A stretch of 64,000 bases of DNA. Source: Candidatus Hydrogenedentota bacterium (GTDB lineage: Bacteria > Hydrogenedentota > Hydrogenedentia > Hydrogenedentales > SLHB01). Shown here one piece after another: positions 52,086 to 61,764 of this stretch; the first letter of the stretch is position 1, and every line of letters starts with the position of its first letter. Made by a program: the position numbers and the translations under genes. The DNA is taken from assembly GCA_963745075.1 (NCBI GenBank), contig CAVUWV010000024.1:448443-512442 (forward strand), given 5' to 3'. The notes under the pieces are model-generated. The model worked only from the letters and a program-made list of their open reading frames with translations. It was not told where the DNA came from and searched no databases.

Positions 52086-53048
52086 GTGCCCGAAAAGGGG
52101 TTGTTTCTTCAAAATGTGATCGCTGTGGTGTGGGATTTCGACCGCACCTTGTCGCCTCATTACATGCAAAAACCGTTATTCGACGCCTACGACGTCGACG
52201 AGGACGGCTTCTGGCGGGAAGTGAATGCCTTGCCCGAGTACTACAAGCGGGCCGGCATCACCGTTCAGCGCGATACCTGCTATCTCGGCCATCTGCTTTC
52301 CTACGCACGGTCGGGTCGGATGCCGGGCCTCACGAATGCAAAATTACGCGAACTTGGCGCGAACATGGTCTTCTATCCGGGAATCCCGGAACTGTTCGAA
52401 CGCCTGCGCGGCGTGTTGTTGGATGCGCGCTACGTGGAGAGCGATCTGCGGTTGGAACACTACGTGGTCAGCACCGGTCTGGCCGAAATGATTCGCGGGT
52501 CGGAAATCGCTCCCTTTCTCGCAGGAATCTATGCCTCCGAGTTTATCGAGGAACCGGCCAAACCAGGCTCCGACCTCTCGGGCAAACCCGGTACCGGACC
52601 CATCAGCCAAATCGCGGGTTTTTTGGACAACACCACCAAGACCCGGGCGCTCTTCGAGATCAACAAGGGCGTGAATAAGGAAAGCAGCATCACGGTCAAC
52701 GACACCATCCCCGAGGATGAGCGGCGCGTGCCGTTCAAAAACATGGTGTATATCGCGGATGGACCGAGCGACATTCCGTCGTTTTCCGTCGTGAAAAAAC
52801 ATGGAGGACAGACCTGCGCGGTGTACGAATCCGAGTCCGCGGCGAGTTTCAATCAGGCCTTGTCGCTGCAGGAAAATGGGCGGGTGGCCTTTATCGGCGA
52901 GGCGGATTACATGGAGGCCAAGCCGACGTTTATGTGGCTGCACCGGCAGGTGACCCGTATGGCGGACCGCATGGTGGCCGAGCGCAAGAAGACCTTCCAG
53001 AGCAAGGTCGGACGTGGACCGAATCATTTGCCCGACGAGGCGAAATAG
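52086..53048 (+). CDS. HAD-superfamily hydrolase
   Basis: WDFDRTL, VVSTG, YIADGPSDIP. Confidence 0.88.
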   Translation: MPEKGLFLQNVIAVVWDFDRTLSPHYMQKPLFDAYDVDEDGFWREVNALPEYYKRAGITVQRDTCYLGHLLSYARSGRMPGLTNAKLRELGANMVFYPGIPELFERLRGVLLDARYVESDLRLEHYVVSTGLAEMIRGSEIAPFLAGIYASEFIEEPAKPGSDLSGKPGTGPISQIAGFLDNTTKTRALFEINKGVNKESSITVNDTIPEDERRVPFKNMVYIADGPSDIPSFSVVKKHGGQTCAVYESESAASFNQALSLQENGRVAFIGEADYMEAKPTFMWLHRQVTRMADRMVAERKKTFQSKVGRGPNHLPDEAK

Positions 53049-53055
53049 GGATTCG

Positions 53056-53727
53056 CTACGTGCAGGTTCGGCCGTTGTATATGTGCGCAAGCAAGCGTGG
53101 TAAGGGCCAATTAGCCAACGAATCAACCGTCAAAACCGCGTGACCCAAGTCCAAATGCCGGGTGACCGGGTTGGGCACGGCCACGCTGTAGATCCCTGCG
53201 CGATTGGCCGCGAGAATGCCGTTAGGAGAATCCTCCAAAACAATGGCATCGGCGGGCGCGACCTCCGTTGCATTCAGGACCGCTTGGAACAGGTCCGGCG
53301 CGGGCTTGCCCCGATCCACGTCTTCCACGCAGCGGATACAATCGAAGGCCTCCCGAATACCGAACCGATCAAGATGACCTTCCACCCAGTCCCGCGTCGC
53401 GCTCGAAGCGATCGCAAGTGCGACACCCTGCTCGTGGCGTGCAACGAGAAACCCTTCGACGCCGGGGCAAAGCGGTTGCGAATTCACAAGCGACAGAAAA
53501 CGTGCACGACGACGGTGTTCAATGTTCACCCGATCTAACTTGATCGACGTGAGTTTCTCCAGATACTTGACCGGATCGAAGACGCCGGCGGGCGCACCGA
53601 TGCAGTCCGCCCACGCCTCGAGGGGAAGTCTCACACCGTGTTCCGCGTAGATTTCCTGCCACGATTCGTAGTCCGGCGTTTCCGTGTCGAGAATAAGCCC
53701 GTCGAAATCGAAGATGATGAGTTGCAT
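53056..53727 (-). CDS. HAD-IA family phosphatase
   Basis: IIFDFDGLILDTE, KPAPD, EDSPNG. Confidence 0.93.
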   Translation of the reverse strand: MQLIIFDFDGLILDTETPDYESWQEIYAEHGVRLPLEAWADCIGAPAGVFDPVKYLEKLTSIKLDRVNIEHRRRARFLSLVNSQPLCPGVEGFLVARHEQGVALAIASSATRDWVEGHLDRFGIREAFDCIRCVEDVDRGKPAPDLFQAVLNATEVAPADAIVLEDSPNGILAANRAGIYSVAVPNPVTRHLDLGHAVLTVDSLANWPLPRLLAHIYNGRTCT

Positions 53728-53741
53728 ACCGCGGACTCGAA

Positions 53742-53903
53742 TCAGGCTTGCGGTTCGCGCGTGCAGATGATCAGCGCGCCGATGATGCCCGGGATCCAGC
53801 CAAGCAACGTCAGCACGAGAACCAGCAGAATCGAGCCGCAGCCTTTGTCGTACACGGCGAGTGGTGGCAGTAGAATACATAGAATCGCGCGCAGGACGCT
53901 CAT
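53742..53903 (-). CDS. yqaE: YqaE/Pmp3 family small membrane protein
   Basis: ILLPPLAV...LTLLGWIPGIIGAL. Confidence 0.88.
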   Translation of the reverse strand: MSVLRAILCILLPPLAVYDKGCGSILLVLVLTLLGWIPGIIGALIICTREPQA

Positions 53904-54062
53904 GTTCGGGTTGGTCTCCGTAAGGTTCGGATTGCTGTGTAGAATTGGACTTAGTGTACACGCCATTTGTTGCCGATGCACGTTCGTGTCGAAGGTTTGA
54001 CAACGCAGAACCCGCAGGCGTAGAAGACCTTTTGGCGCAATACGAGCGACAGGGAGTCCGCT

Positions 54063-56035
54063 ATGCGTATCCGAATTCTTATGGCGCTAATCATGATGTG
54101 CGTGTTGGCGCAGTCAACCGTTCTTGCGGAGGAGGGTACCCCGATGCCGAATGCCCTTGCCCCCTTGCCGCTCGGACAAATCACGCCAAACGGCTGGTTG
54201 AAAACGCAACTGCGGATCCAGGCCGATGGGCTCACGGGCCACCTGGACGAATTCTGGCCGGATATCAAGGACAGCGGTTGGATCGGCGGCGAGGCGGAGG
54301 GTTGGGAGCGCGCGCCGTATTGGCTGGACGGATTGGTCCCGCTGGCGTACTTGCTGGACGACGCGGATCTCAAGGCGAAAGTGAACCGCTGGTTCGATTA
54401 TATCCTCGAGCACCAGCAGGAAGACGGCTGGTTCGGTCCCGAGCACGGCAAACGCGGGGGGAACGCGGCGAAGAACCAGTACGACCCGTGGCCGGTTTTC
54501 ATCATTCTGAAAGCGATGACCCAGTATCAAGAGGCGACCAGTGACGAGCGCGTCATTCCAGCGATGTTGCGTTGCACAAAGAAGCTGGATGCGGTCCTCG
54601 ACGAGACGCCGCTTTTCGAGTGGGGCCGGCATCGTTGGATGGACGGCTCGGTTTCGATACTGTGGTTGTACGACCGCACCAATCAGGCGTGGCTGTTGGG
54701 CGTGGCCCGAAAACTCCACACACAAGGATTCGATTGGCAGAATCATTTCGCCACGTTCCCGTACCACGACCGGCTCAATCGGGATCAGCTCTCCATGGAC
54801 ACCCATGGGGTGAACAATGCCATGGGTGTGAAGGCGTCGGCGGTGTGGTATCGGGTGTCGAACGAGCCGGCGGCGAAATACGCCTTGTATACCGGCCTCG
54901 CGAATCTCGATCGCTACCACGGCCAAGTGACGGGACTTTTCACGTCCGACGAACATTTTGCGGGAACGAATCCGTCTCAGGGCACGGAACTTTGCGCCAT
55001 CGTCGAGTACATGTACTCGTTGGAGACCTGCTTGTCGATTTTCGGCGATCCGGTCCTGGCCGACCGTCTGGAGAACATCGCGTTCAATGCCCTGCCCGCG
55101 GCATTCAAGCCGGACATGTGGGCCCATCAATACGACGAGCAGGCCAATCAGCCCGTCTCTTGCGTCGCTAAAACGCCGATTTACACGAACAACGGGCAGG
55201 ATGCGAATCTCTTCGGCCTGGAACCGAATTACGGGTGCTGTACCGCGAACTACCATCAGGGATGGCCGAAGTTCGCATCGCATCTCTGGATGAAGTCGCG
55301 GGACGGCGGCCTTTCGGCCGTGGCCTATGCGCCGTGTACTGTGCGCCGAAGGTGCACGACGTGCCGGTGGTCGTTACCGTGGATACGAAGTATCCGTTCC
55401 GCGATACCATCACGATAACGGTTCACGCAGATAAGCCGGTCGAATTTCCGTTGCATTTGCGTATTCCGGGCTGGGCCACGTCCGCACAGGTGAGTGTTGG
55501 TGACGACGCTTCATTCGCGGCGAAAGCCGGAACTTTCCACACCGTCGTGCGAACATGGGAGGGAGCGACCGTTGTGACGCTGCGTTTCCCCATGGAAGTC
55601 CGCGTAGAGCGGCGGTATCACGATGCCGTGTCTATCCTGCGAGGACCGCTCGTGTATGCCCTCCGCATCGATGAGGACTGGCGGCAACTGCGCGGCGAAT
55701 TGCCTCACGCCGACTGGGAGGTGTATCCCGAAAAGCCCGTGGAATTACGCGCTGCAAATCGAAGTCGACGATCCCGCTAAGAGCGTAACCTTTGACGAAC
55801 AGCCCATCGGCGATATGCCTTTCTCGCCGGACGGCGCACCCGTACTCGCGACGGTCTCCGGGACGCCAAGTTCCCGAGTGGACCTTGGTCCAGAATGCGG
55901 CTGGACCCATCCCGCCGAGCCCGGTACATTCAGAGGAGCCGCTTGACGAAACTAACGCTCATTCCTTACGGGTGCACCGATCTGCGGATCACAGAGTTCC
56001 CGGTGCTCGATGCGAGTGTCGCATCGAAGCAGTGA
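54063..56035 (+). CDS. GH127-like beta-L-arabinofuranosidase family protein (several frameshifts)
   Basis: WERAPYWLDG, HGVN, ELCAIVE, FNALP, CCTAN..QGWPKF, LRIPGW, RGPLVY, LIPYG...LRITEFP. Confidence 0.85.
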
Positions 56036-56068
56036 ACGATCGACACGGGTTAGTTCACTCCAGGTCAG

Positions 56069-56232
56069 AAGAAACATCCCCCTTGATCCCCCTTCAAAGG
56101 GGGAGTTGCGCACATCTGCCATTCTTGGTTTAGCAAAGCGCGGCGGTCTAACTCTGAGTCGTTGCTAATCCCCACGCAACGCAAAGCGTTGCGAATTCCC
56201 CCTTTGAAGGGGGATCAAGGGGGATGTTTCTT
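56069..56232. repeat. ~165-bp inverted-repeat element, copy 4
   Basis: Same arms and GCAACGCAAAGCGTTGC palindrome, between convergent genes. Confidence 0.88.
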
Positions 56233-56294
56233 TGACGCATATCAGAAGGACCGACGTGTATCTATTGTGAGCCGTGAACGCGTCAATTCTGGCA

Positions 56295-57649
56295 CTACCC
56301 TTTTCGAAGGTCTTGGACTTCGGTGGCGTAGCCTTCGAAGTGGTTGTCCGTGAGTGTGTTTTCGCCTGCGTCTTTGCCGATGCGGATGCCGATCCGTGAC
56401 GCGGGGCCACGCGTTTCGCGGATGTCGTTATGCGCGATCGTGTTTCCCGCCGTAACGCCTTGGATGTCCACGCCAATGCCTTCTTCATCGCCGCTGTCTA
56501 CGATGCGGTTGTTCTCGACGACGTTGCCGGTCGCCACGAAACCTTCGCCGCGTTCGGGGCGGAAAAGCACGCCACACACGCCGCTTCGCACCACGTCGTT
56601 ATCACGCACGACGTTCTCGTTGTCGCGATGGCCGATGGAGATTCCCGCCGTCGCGATATCGCGAATGGTGTTTTTCTCGGCAAGCCCGTATTTCACGCCC
56701 CAACAGAAGAAGATGCCGATCTTGTTCCGTTCGATCGTGTTGTTGCGGATGAGCGGCCGTTGGGACCCCGAGCCGGGGTGCATGCCCAGGTCCGCGTTGT
56801 CGTGGCTGTGGCAATCTTCGGCCACCACGTCGTGGCAGATCTGCCAACTGAACCCGTCGCCGTTGTAATTGCGCGAGGTGACCCCGCGAAACTCCAGCCG
56901 GCTGCAATCCTGCATCCAGATGCCGCCCGCGTAGTTCCCGTTGAGGTTGGCGTTGTTCGCCCTGTTGCCGTCAAGCGTGATGTTTTCGATGGTGATATCC
57001 GTCGCGTACTCCGCCGTCAACAAGGGGTAAAGCGTCGAGACCGTACGGGGTCGTTTCCATCCAGAAGTTCTCGCGTAACGCCTTGTCCAATTTGAACCGA
57101 TTGCCGCTCCGCGCGATCAGCGTCCGTTTCACCACCTGCTGGCCGCCGTTGTTCGGGTTCTTGCACTGGAGACACACCCCGTCGCCGACCTGGAACCCGG
57201 ACGCATCGGCCAACGTGATTTCCTGGTCGTACCAGTCCGAATCCTCCGCGATTGTGGTCTCGTACCGACGGCTCTTTCACGATCACCGAATCGAGTCCGC
57301 TCCCCCGAATCCGAATCCCGGACGGAATGTAGACCGCGTTCCGCATGCGATACTCGCCCGGCATCACGTGCACCGTCCCGCCACCCATCCGCGCGACGTA
57401 GTCCACTGCGGCCTGCAACACTTTGTCTGTGGTCCCGACCAGGTCGGCCTTTTCCGGACCAACCGTTAGCGTGAGCCGCTCCTTCCAGTCCGGCTCGACG
57501 GCGGTATCCCCGGACGTCGCCCGCGGCCGGGTGACTGCGGGCATGTCAGCCGCAGCAGCGAGTCTGGTCCATGCGGCACCTGCGGCGATGCCGGCAGTTG
57601 TTCGGAGCATGTCGCGACGATTCAAGAGAATACGGTTAGTAATGGTCAT
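56295..57649 (-). CDS. Tat-exported right-handed beta-helix protein (frameshifted)
   Basis: NRRDML twin-arginine signal, LQAAVD...GGGTV...PGEY, PbH1-type repeats. Confidence 0.85.
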
Positions 57650-57836
57650 CGCGCTTTCCTGTACGTTTGAAGCCAAACTCAATTGTAGTGGTACCGGGAC
57701 CTCGTGGTAAAATGAAGGGTGGGGATATTTAAGTGCTATCCGAGGCAAGCGGTATACTGGTCGCAAGGCGGTGGCCGCGATGAATCGCCTCAAAAGTGAA
57801 TCAAGGCCGACAGTTGGCCGAGGAGGAACGAAACTC

Positions 57837-58532
57837 ATGAATCCGAGACTATGCGTCGCTAATCTCTTCGTCCTCGCTGGAATCTTGACCGTCATGGGAG
57901 TCGCTTGTCAGTCCTCGTCGGGCACGGTGGAACGGCCAATGTCGGGGGTAGAGCTGGAGCAGGCCATCCGGTCGCACACCAATAAGGGAATCCAACTCGG
58001 CGAACGGGGGATGTATAACCAAGCGATTCGCGAATTTGAGAAGATCTTGAAGTTGGACCCGGGGAATTCCGGGGCATATAAGAATTTGGGGGTTGCCTAT
58101 TGTGGAAAGGGAGACTTCGAACGGGCCGTTGAGAGTCTTGGCAAAGCGATTGAGAATGGTTTGGATGACGCGGATACGCATTTCTTTCGCGGTCTGATCT
58201 ACGTGAAATATCTTGAGCAGGACGAACAAGGGATTCCGGACCTCACGAAAGCTATCGAACTCGACCCAACCCGCGAACGGGCATACTTGAATCGTGGCCT
58301 CGCATACTACATGGTCGGCGAATTCGAGGAGTCGATACACGACCTCACGACGCTTCTGGAGATGGATCCGTCCAATGCGAAGAATGTGTTGGATTGGCGG
58401 GCGAGGTCCTATACGAAGCTCGGCCAGTACCGGGAGGCGTGGGCCGATGTGCACGATGCTGAACGCCTCGGCATTCAAGTCGACGCTCGTACTTTGGAGG
58501 AATTGAAAAAGGCGTCGGGCCAGAACGAATAG
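57837..58532 (+). CDS. TPR-repeat lipoprotein
   Basis: Lipobox VAC, TPRs (AYKNLG, AYLNRG), RBS AGGAGG. Confidence 0.88.
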   Translation: MNPRLCVANLFVLAGILTVMGVACQSSSGTVERPMSGVELEQAIRSHTNKGIQLGERGMYNQAIREFEKILKLDPGNSGAYKNLGVAYCGKGDFERAVESLGKAIENGLDDADTHFFRGLIYVKYLEQDEQGIPDLTKAIELDPTRERAYLNRGLAYYMVGEFEESIHDLTTLLEMDPSNAKNVLDWRARSYTKLGQYREAWADVHDAERLGIQVDARTLEELKKASGQNE

Positions 58533-58671
58533 CGGAATGGCCGGAGGTCGCTCTTGGCCGCGTAACTTCCGGCATGTCCGCCGCCCCAGCCAACCCGGCC
58601 CACGCGACACCGGCCAAAAATCCGGATGTAGCCCGCAGCATGTCACGACGATTGATTTCGAACGATTCCAT
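58533..58671 (-). pseudogene. Truncated second copy of the 5' end of the Tat beta-helix gene
   Basis: INRRDMLRATSG...AADMPEVTRPRATSG versus LNRRDMLRTTAG...AADMPAVTRPRATSG in the 57649 gene. Confidence 0.8.
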
Positions 58672-58781
58672 TCGGGTGTTCTCCGTTCCGTAGCCGCTCA
58701 AACGTTTGACACATAGCGGATCTACTTTGTACATGGTACACTGATAGTGGTCGAAATGCGTCTAGCAGATTGGAGCACGAG

Positions 58782-58974
58782 ATGGCTTCGTTACGTTACA
58801 TCTATTGGCAGGACGAGGACATGTGGCTTGGCCACTTGGAGGAGTTCCCGGACTACATGACGCAAGGCGAAGATCTCGATGAGCTTCAGGAGAATCTCCG
58901 GGATCTCTATCGAGAATTGATCAAGTGGGGAGATCCCAGGCGTTCGTCGAGTAGCTGAGCTGAATCTTCCATGA
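58782..58974 (+). CDS. hicB: HicB-family antitoxin (frameshift ~58923)
   Basis: YWQDEDMWLGHLEEFPDYMTQGEDLDEL.ENL. The corrected end SGEIPGVRRVAELNLP* overlaps the next ATG. Confidence 0.85.
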
Positions 58975-59147
58975 AACGGGTTGACCTTCTGCAACGACTT
59001 GCGGAGATGGGTTGCGAGTTAATCCGCCATGGGGGCAAGCACGATTGGTATCAAAACCCTCGCACGGGTGCCTGTCAACCCATACCACGTCATCGGGATA
59101 TAAAAGAGCACCTTGCCCGGCATATCTTGCGAAAACTCGGAGAGTGA
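58971..59147 (+). CDS. hicA: HicA-family toxin (58 aa, absent from the ORF track)
   Basis: MKRVDLLQRLAEMGCELIRHGGKHDWYQNPRTGACQPIPRHRDIKEHLARHILRKLGE*. Confidence 0.92.
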   Translation: MKRVDLLQRLAEMGCELIRHGGKHDWYQNPRTGACQPIPRHRDIKEHLARHILRKLGE

Positions 59148-59168
59148 TGTCCGGTTGGAGCAACCTTC

Positions 59169-60628
59169 ATGAGTCCAAACCCACGATTACGTAAGACCAG
59201 TCGGCGTATCATCGTGATGTTGGCTACGCTGTTTGGAATTCCCCTCGTAATCTATGCCGGCTTCCTGTTCGTGTACTCATGGCAGTTGACGAACGCGTTG
59301 GAAGAACTTCGCGAAGCAGCGGAGGCGCCGATTGATTCCTCTGGGATGATTGAGACGAAACAGACCAATCCGGATGACACTTCCGCGGCCTACTCGTATT
59401 TGTTTGCCGAACTGGAGCGTCTCGAGGCGAGTTACGAAGCCTACGAGGTCGACCTTAGCAGCCTGTCCATTTACTACGTCCTGAAACCGGAATCTCAAAG
59501 ATCCGCTGAGGAACAGCGTTTACACGATGAGTGGGACAGGGCCGAGGAAAGACGAAAGGAAGCGATCGTCACTGAGCATGAGGCCTTGATCCATACCTTT
59601 CGCGAACTGACAAAACGGGAAGGTCCCGTAGTTCCGCCGGGTGCGTCGTTCCAGGAGAATCCTCGGTACCCCTATTTTATGAGTCTGCGCGAGATTGCGC
59701 GGCTGCTGATGAAACACGCGGAACTGGCAGCGGCGAACGCAAACTACGAGGAGGTGGCCGAGGACATCGTGGCCGGTCTACGGTTCAGCGATGCACTGGC
59801 GTTGGATGACTCAATCATGGTTCAGTTTAGCCGCATGGCAGTGGTCAGCATCGTGGCGGATGGCACAGAGGCAACGCTGAACGGTGGTGAAATCCCGTCC
59901 GATCAGGTGTTTGGACTTCTGTTGGCCCAGGCAGCGCACAGTGCCAAGCAAGATAAGCTACCTATTGTCATCGCACGGGATGCCTTGCACGGGCGAGAGG
60001 CGTTTGATCGGATTCGCGCGGGAGACAAGAGCGTACTTACATCATATTTTGCCGCCGGTGACTGGGGTGAGAAGGCCGGAAAGGGATTCCGCGGTGTAGA
60101 CTATCACCCTGAGCGAATTGAGATGAAGGACTTCGTTCGCGTGGCATTTGTCAAAGGGTATACTTCTCCGCTCGCGGGGCCGTTGGTGGACCGGGACGAA
60201 TGCATTTTTCTTGAAACCATGACGAAAGCTTCTGCGTTGTTGCGTTTGCCCTATCTGGATGCCATGGTCGCGTTTGCCGACTTGAAGGACGAGATTCCGC
60301 AGACGGTCTTTTCGGTCGCCGACACGCTAGCCAGAACTGCCGAGCACACCATGACGGCTCAAACCGGCTCGATCGCCCGGCTAGACTTGTTGCGTATGGG
60401 GCTTTCCATCGAGCGGTATCGCAAAAGCCAGGGCGTTTATCCGAAGAGCCTCTACGACATCGCACCTATCCTAGGCACGGAAATTCCCATGGATCCCTTT
60501 ATGGACGAGCCCTATCGCTATGCGACCGATGGCGATCTTTTCTGCTTTACAGCGTGGGCGAGGATCTCGAAGATGACGGTGGAAGACACGACTACCGGAC
60601 GGGGGATATTGTTTGGCGCGGGGAATGA
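59169..60628 (+). CDS. Membrane-anchored hypothetical protein with a pseudopilin-like C-terminal motif (frameshift ~60540)
   Basis: N-terminal TM. C-terminal IERYR...G.YP.SL...P.DPF...PYRY...YSVG.D..DDGG...GDIVW. Confidence 0.7.
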
Positions 60629-60962
60629 AGTTGTATCCAACATTTCCGTTTGCACCGCGAGGGTACTGGGACCTGTGTACAATGCGCGTCGCGCTCGTTT
60701 TCTTCGGCGCCAGATTCATCATCTTCCGCATTTTTTACTTGATTACTTACGGGAACCGGCGGGTGTATGGTCGGATTTGGTGGCAGTAGGCTTACCGTTG
60801 CAGTTCTGGTAGTACTCTCTCCGATTTGCGGACCTCCGAATTGTGCGTAGGTTTTGGCCGTGGGGCCGCCAAAACCCAGTAGTATCGTCACGGAAGCGAT
60901 CGGATGATCGAACCAGCGACTCACAGTAGAATTGTGTCTTTTACCGAAATCTGGGCGGGCAT

Positions 60963-61697
60963 GTGCACATTAACTTTTTGTCTTGCGCTGGTATCTTTCC
61001 CGTTCTCGCGTTTGCGCAGCAGACATCAGCCGCGCCGGCTTCAAAACTGACATTACCTTCGTTGCTGTCCAGTGGTAGCCAGGGGTTCGTAGAGAATAAA
61101 GGGGCAGGTGGCCAAACCGGTAGCCTTCGACGCTCCCGGATCGCACGTACTTTTTTCTTACGCCATCGAGATCGTGTTCAACGTCGGTCGTCCGACCACC
61201 ATTAATGGGGTGGAAGACGATGACGTACGGCCGGGCCGACCGGTGGCGGGTGTCGTAATTCGGTTGCATTTCGACGGCGCCAGCACGAGCCCACCGTGGA
61301 GGGGTCGACCCGCTCGAAAGCGTCTCGAATACCATTCGGGGCATGGAAGGGCGTGGGCAAAATGTACAGCGACATTCGGAATTTTGGCGGCGTCGTATAT
61401 CGGGACCTGTATCCCGGAATCGATCTGGAGTGTCGCACGGGGAAGTCCGGGTTGCAGCGGACGCTGGTGGTTCACGACAAAGCAAATACCGACGGTATTG
61501 CGGTCACGTACAACGGTGTGGATCGCATTCGCCTCGGCAAAGATGGACAACTGGAAGAGCTGGTAACGGACATTGGCATCATCCGGGAGTCGCCGATTGC
61601 CGTGCGGTTCGAAACCAAGGATGGCGAGAAGCGCAATTCCGTGGCCGTATATGACGTGAGTGGATCGAAGAAGGTGGCTCTTAATATTACTCGATAG
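60963..61697 (+). CDS. Secreted protein resembling the N-terminal domain of SBBP-repeat proteins (frameshifted)
   Basis: FVENKG, LHFDGA, YRDLYPGIDL, Y.GVDRI.L..DG.L. Confidence 0.6.
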
Positions 61698-61764
61698 CCT
61701 GTAGGAACGAATGGGCGGTGCTGCAGCGGGGTCAGCGGACATGCCGGAGAGGGAGGATTGTCGG

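Noticed and set aside
51690..52119. ORFs with DYDYDY or ITITIT peptides
   Set aside because: These are translations of the hexamer microsatellite, with no other coding evidence.
60592..60924. Small minus-strand ORF
   Set aside because: No motif or RBS support, and it overlaps the end of the upstream gene.
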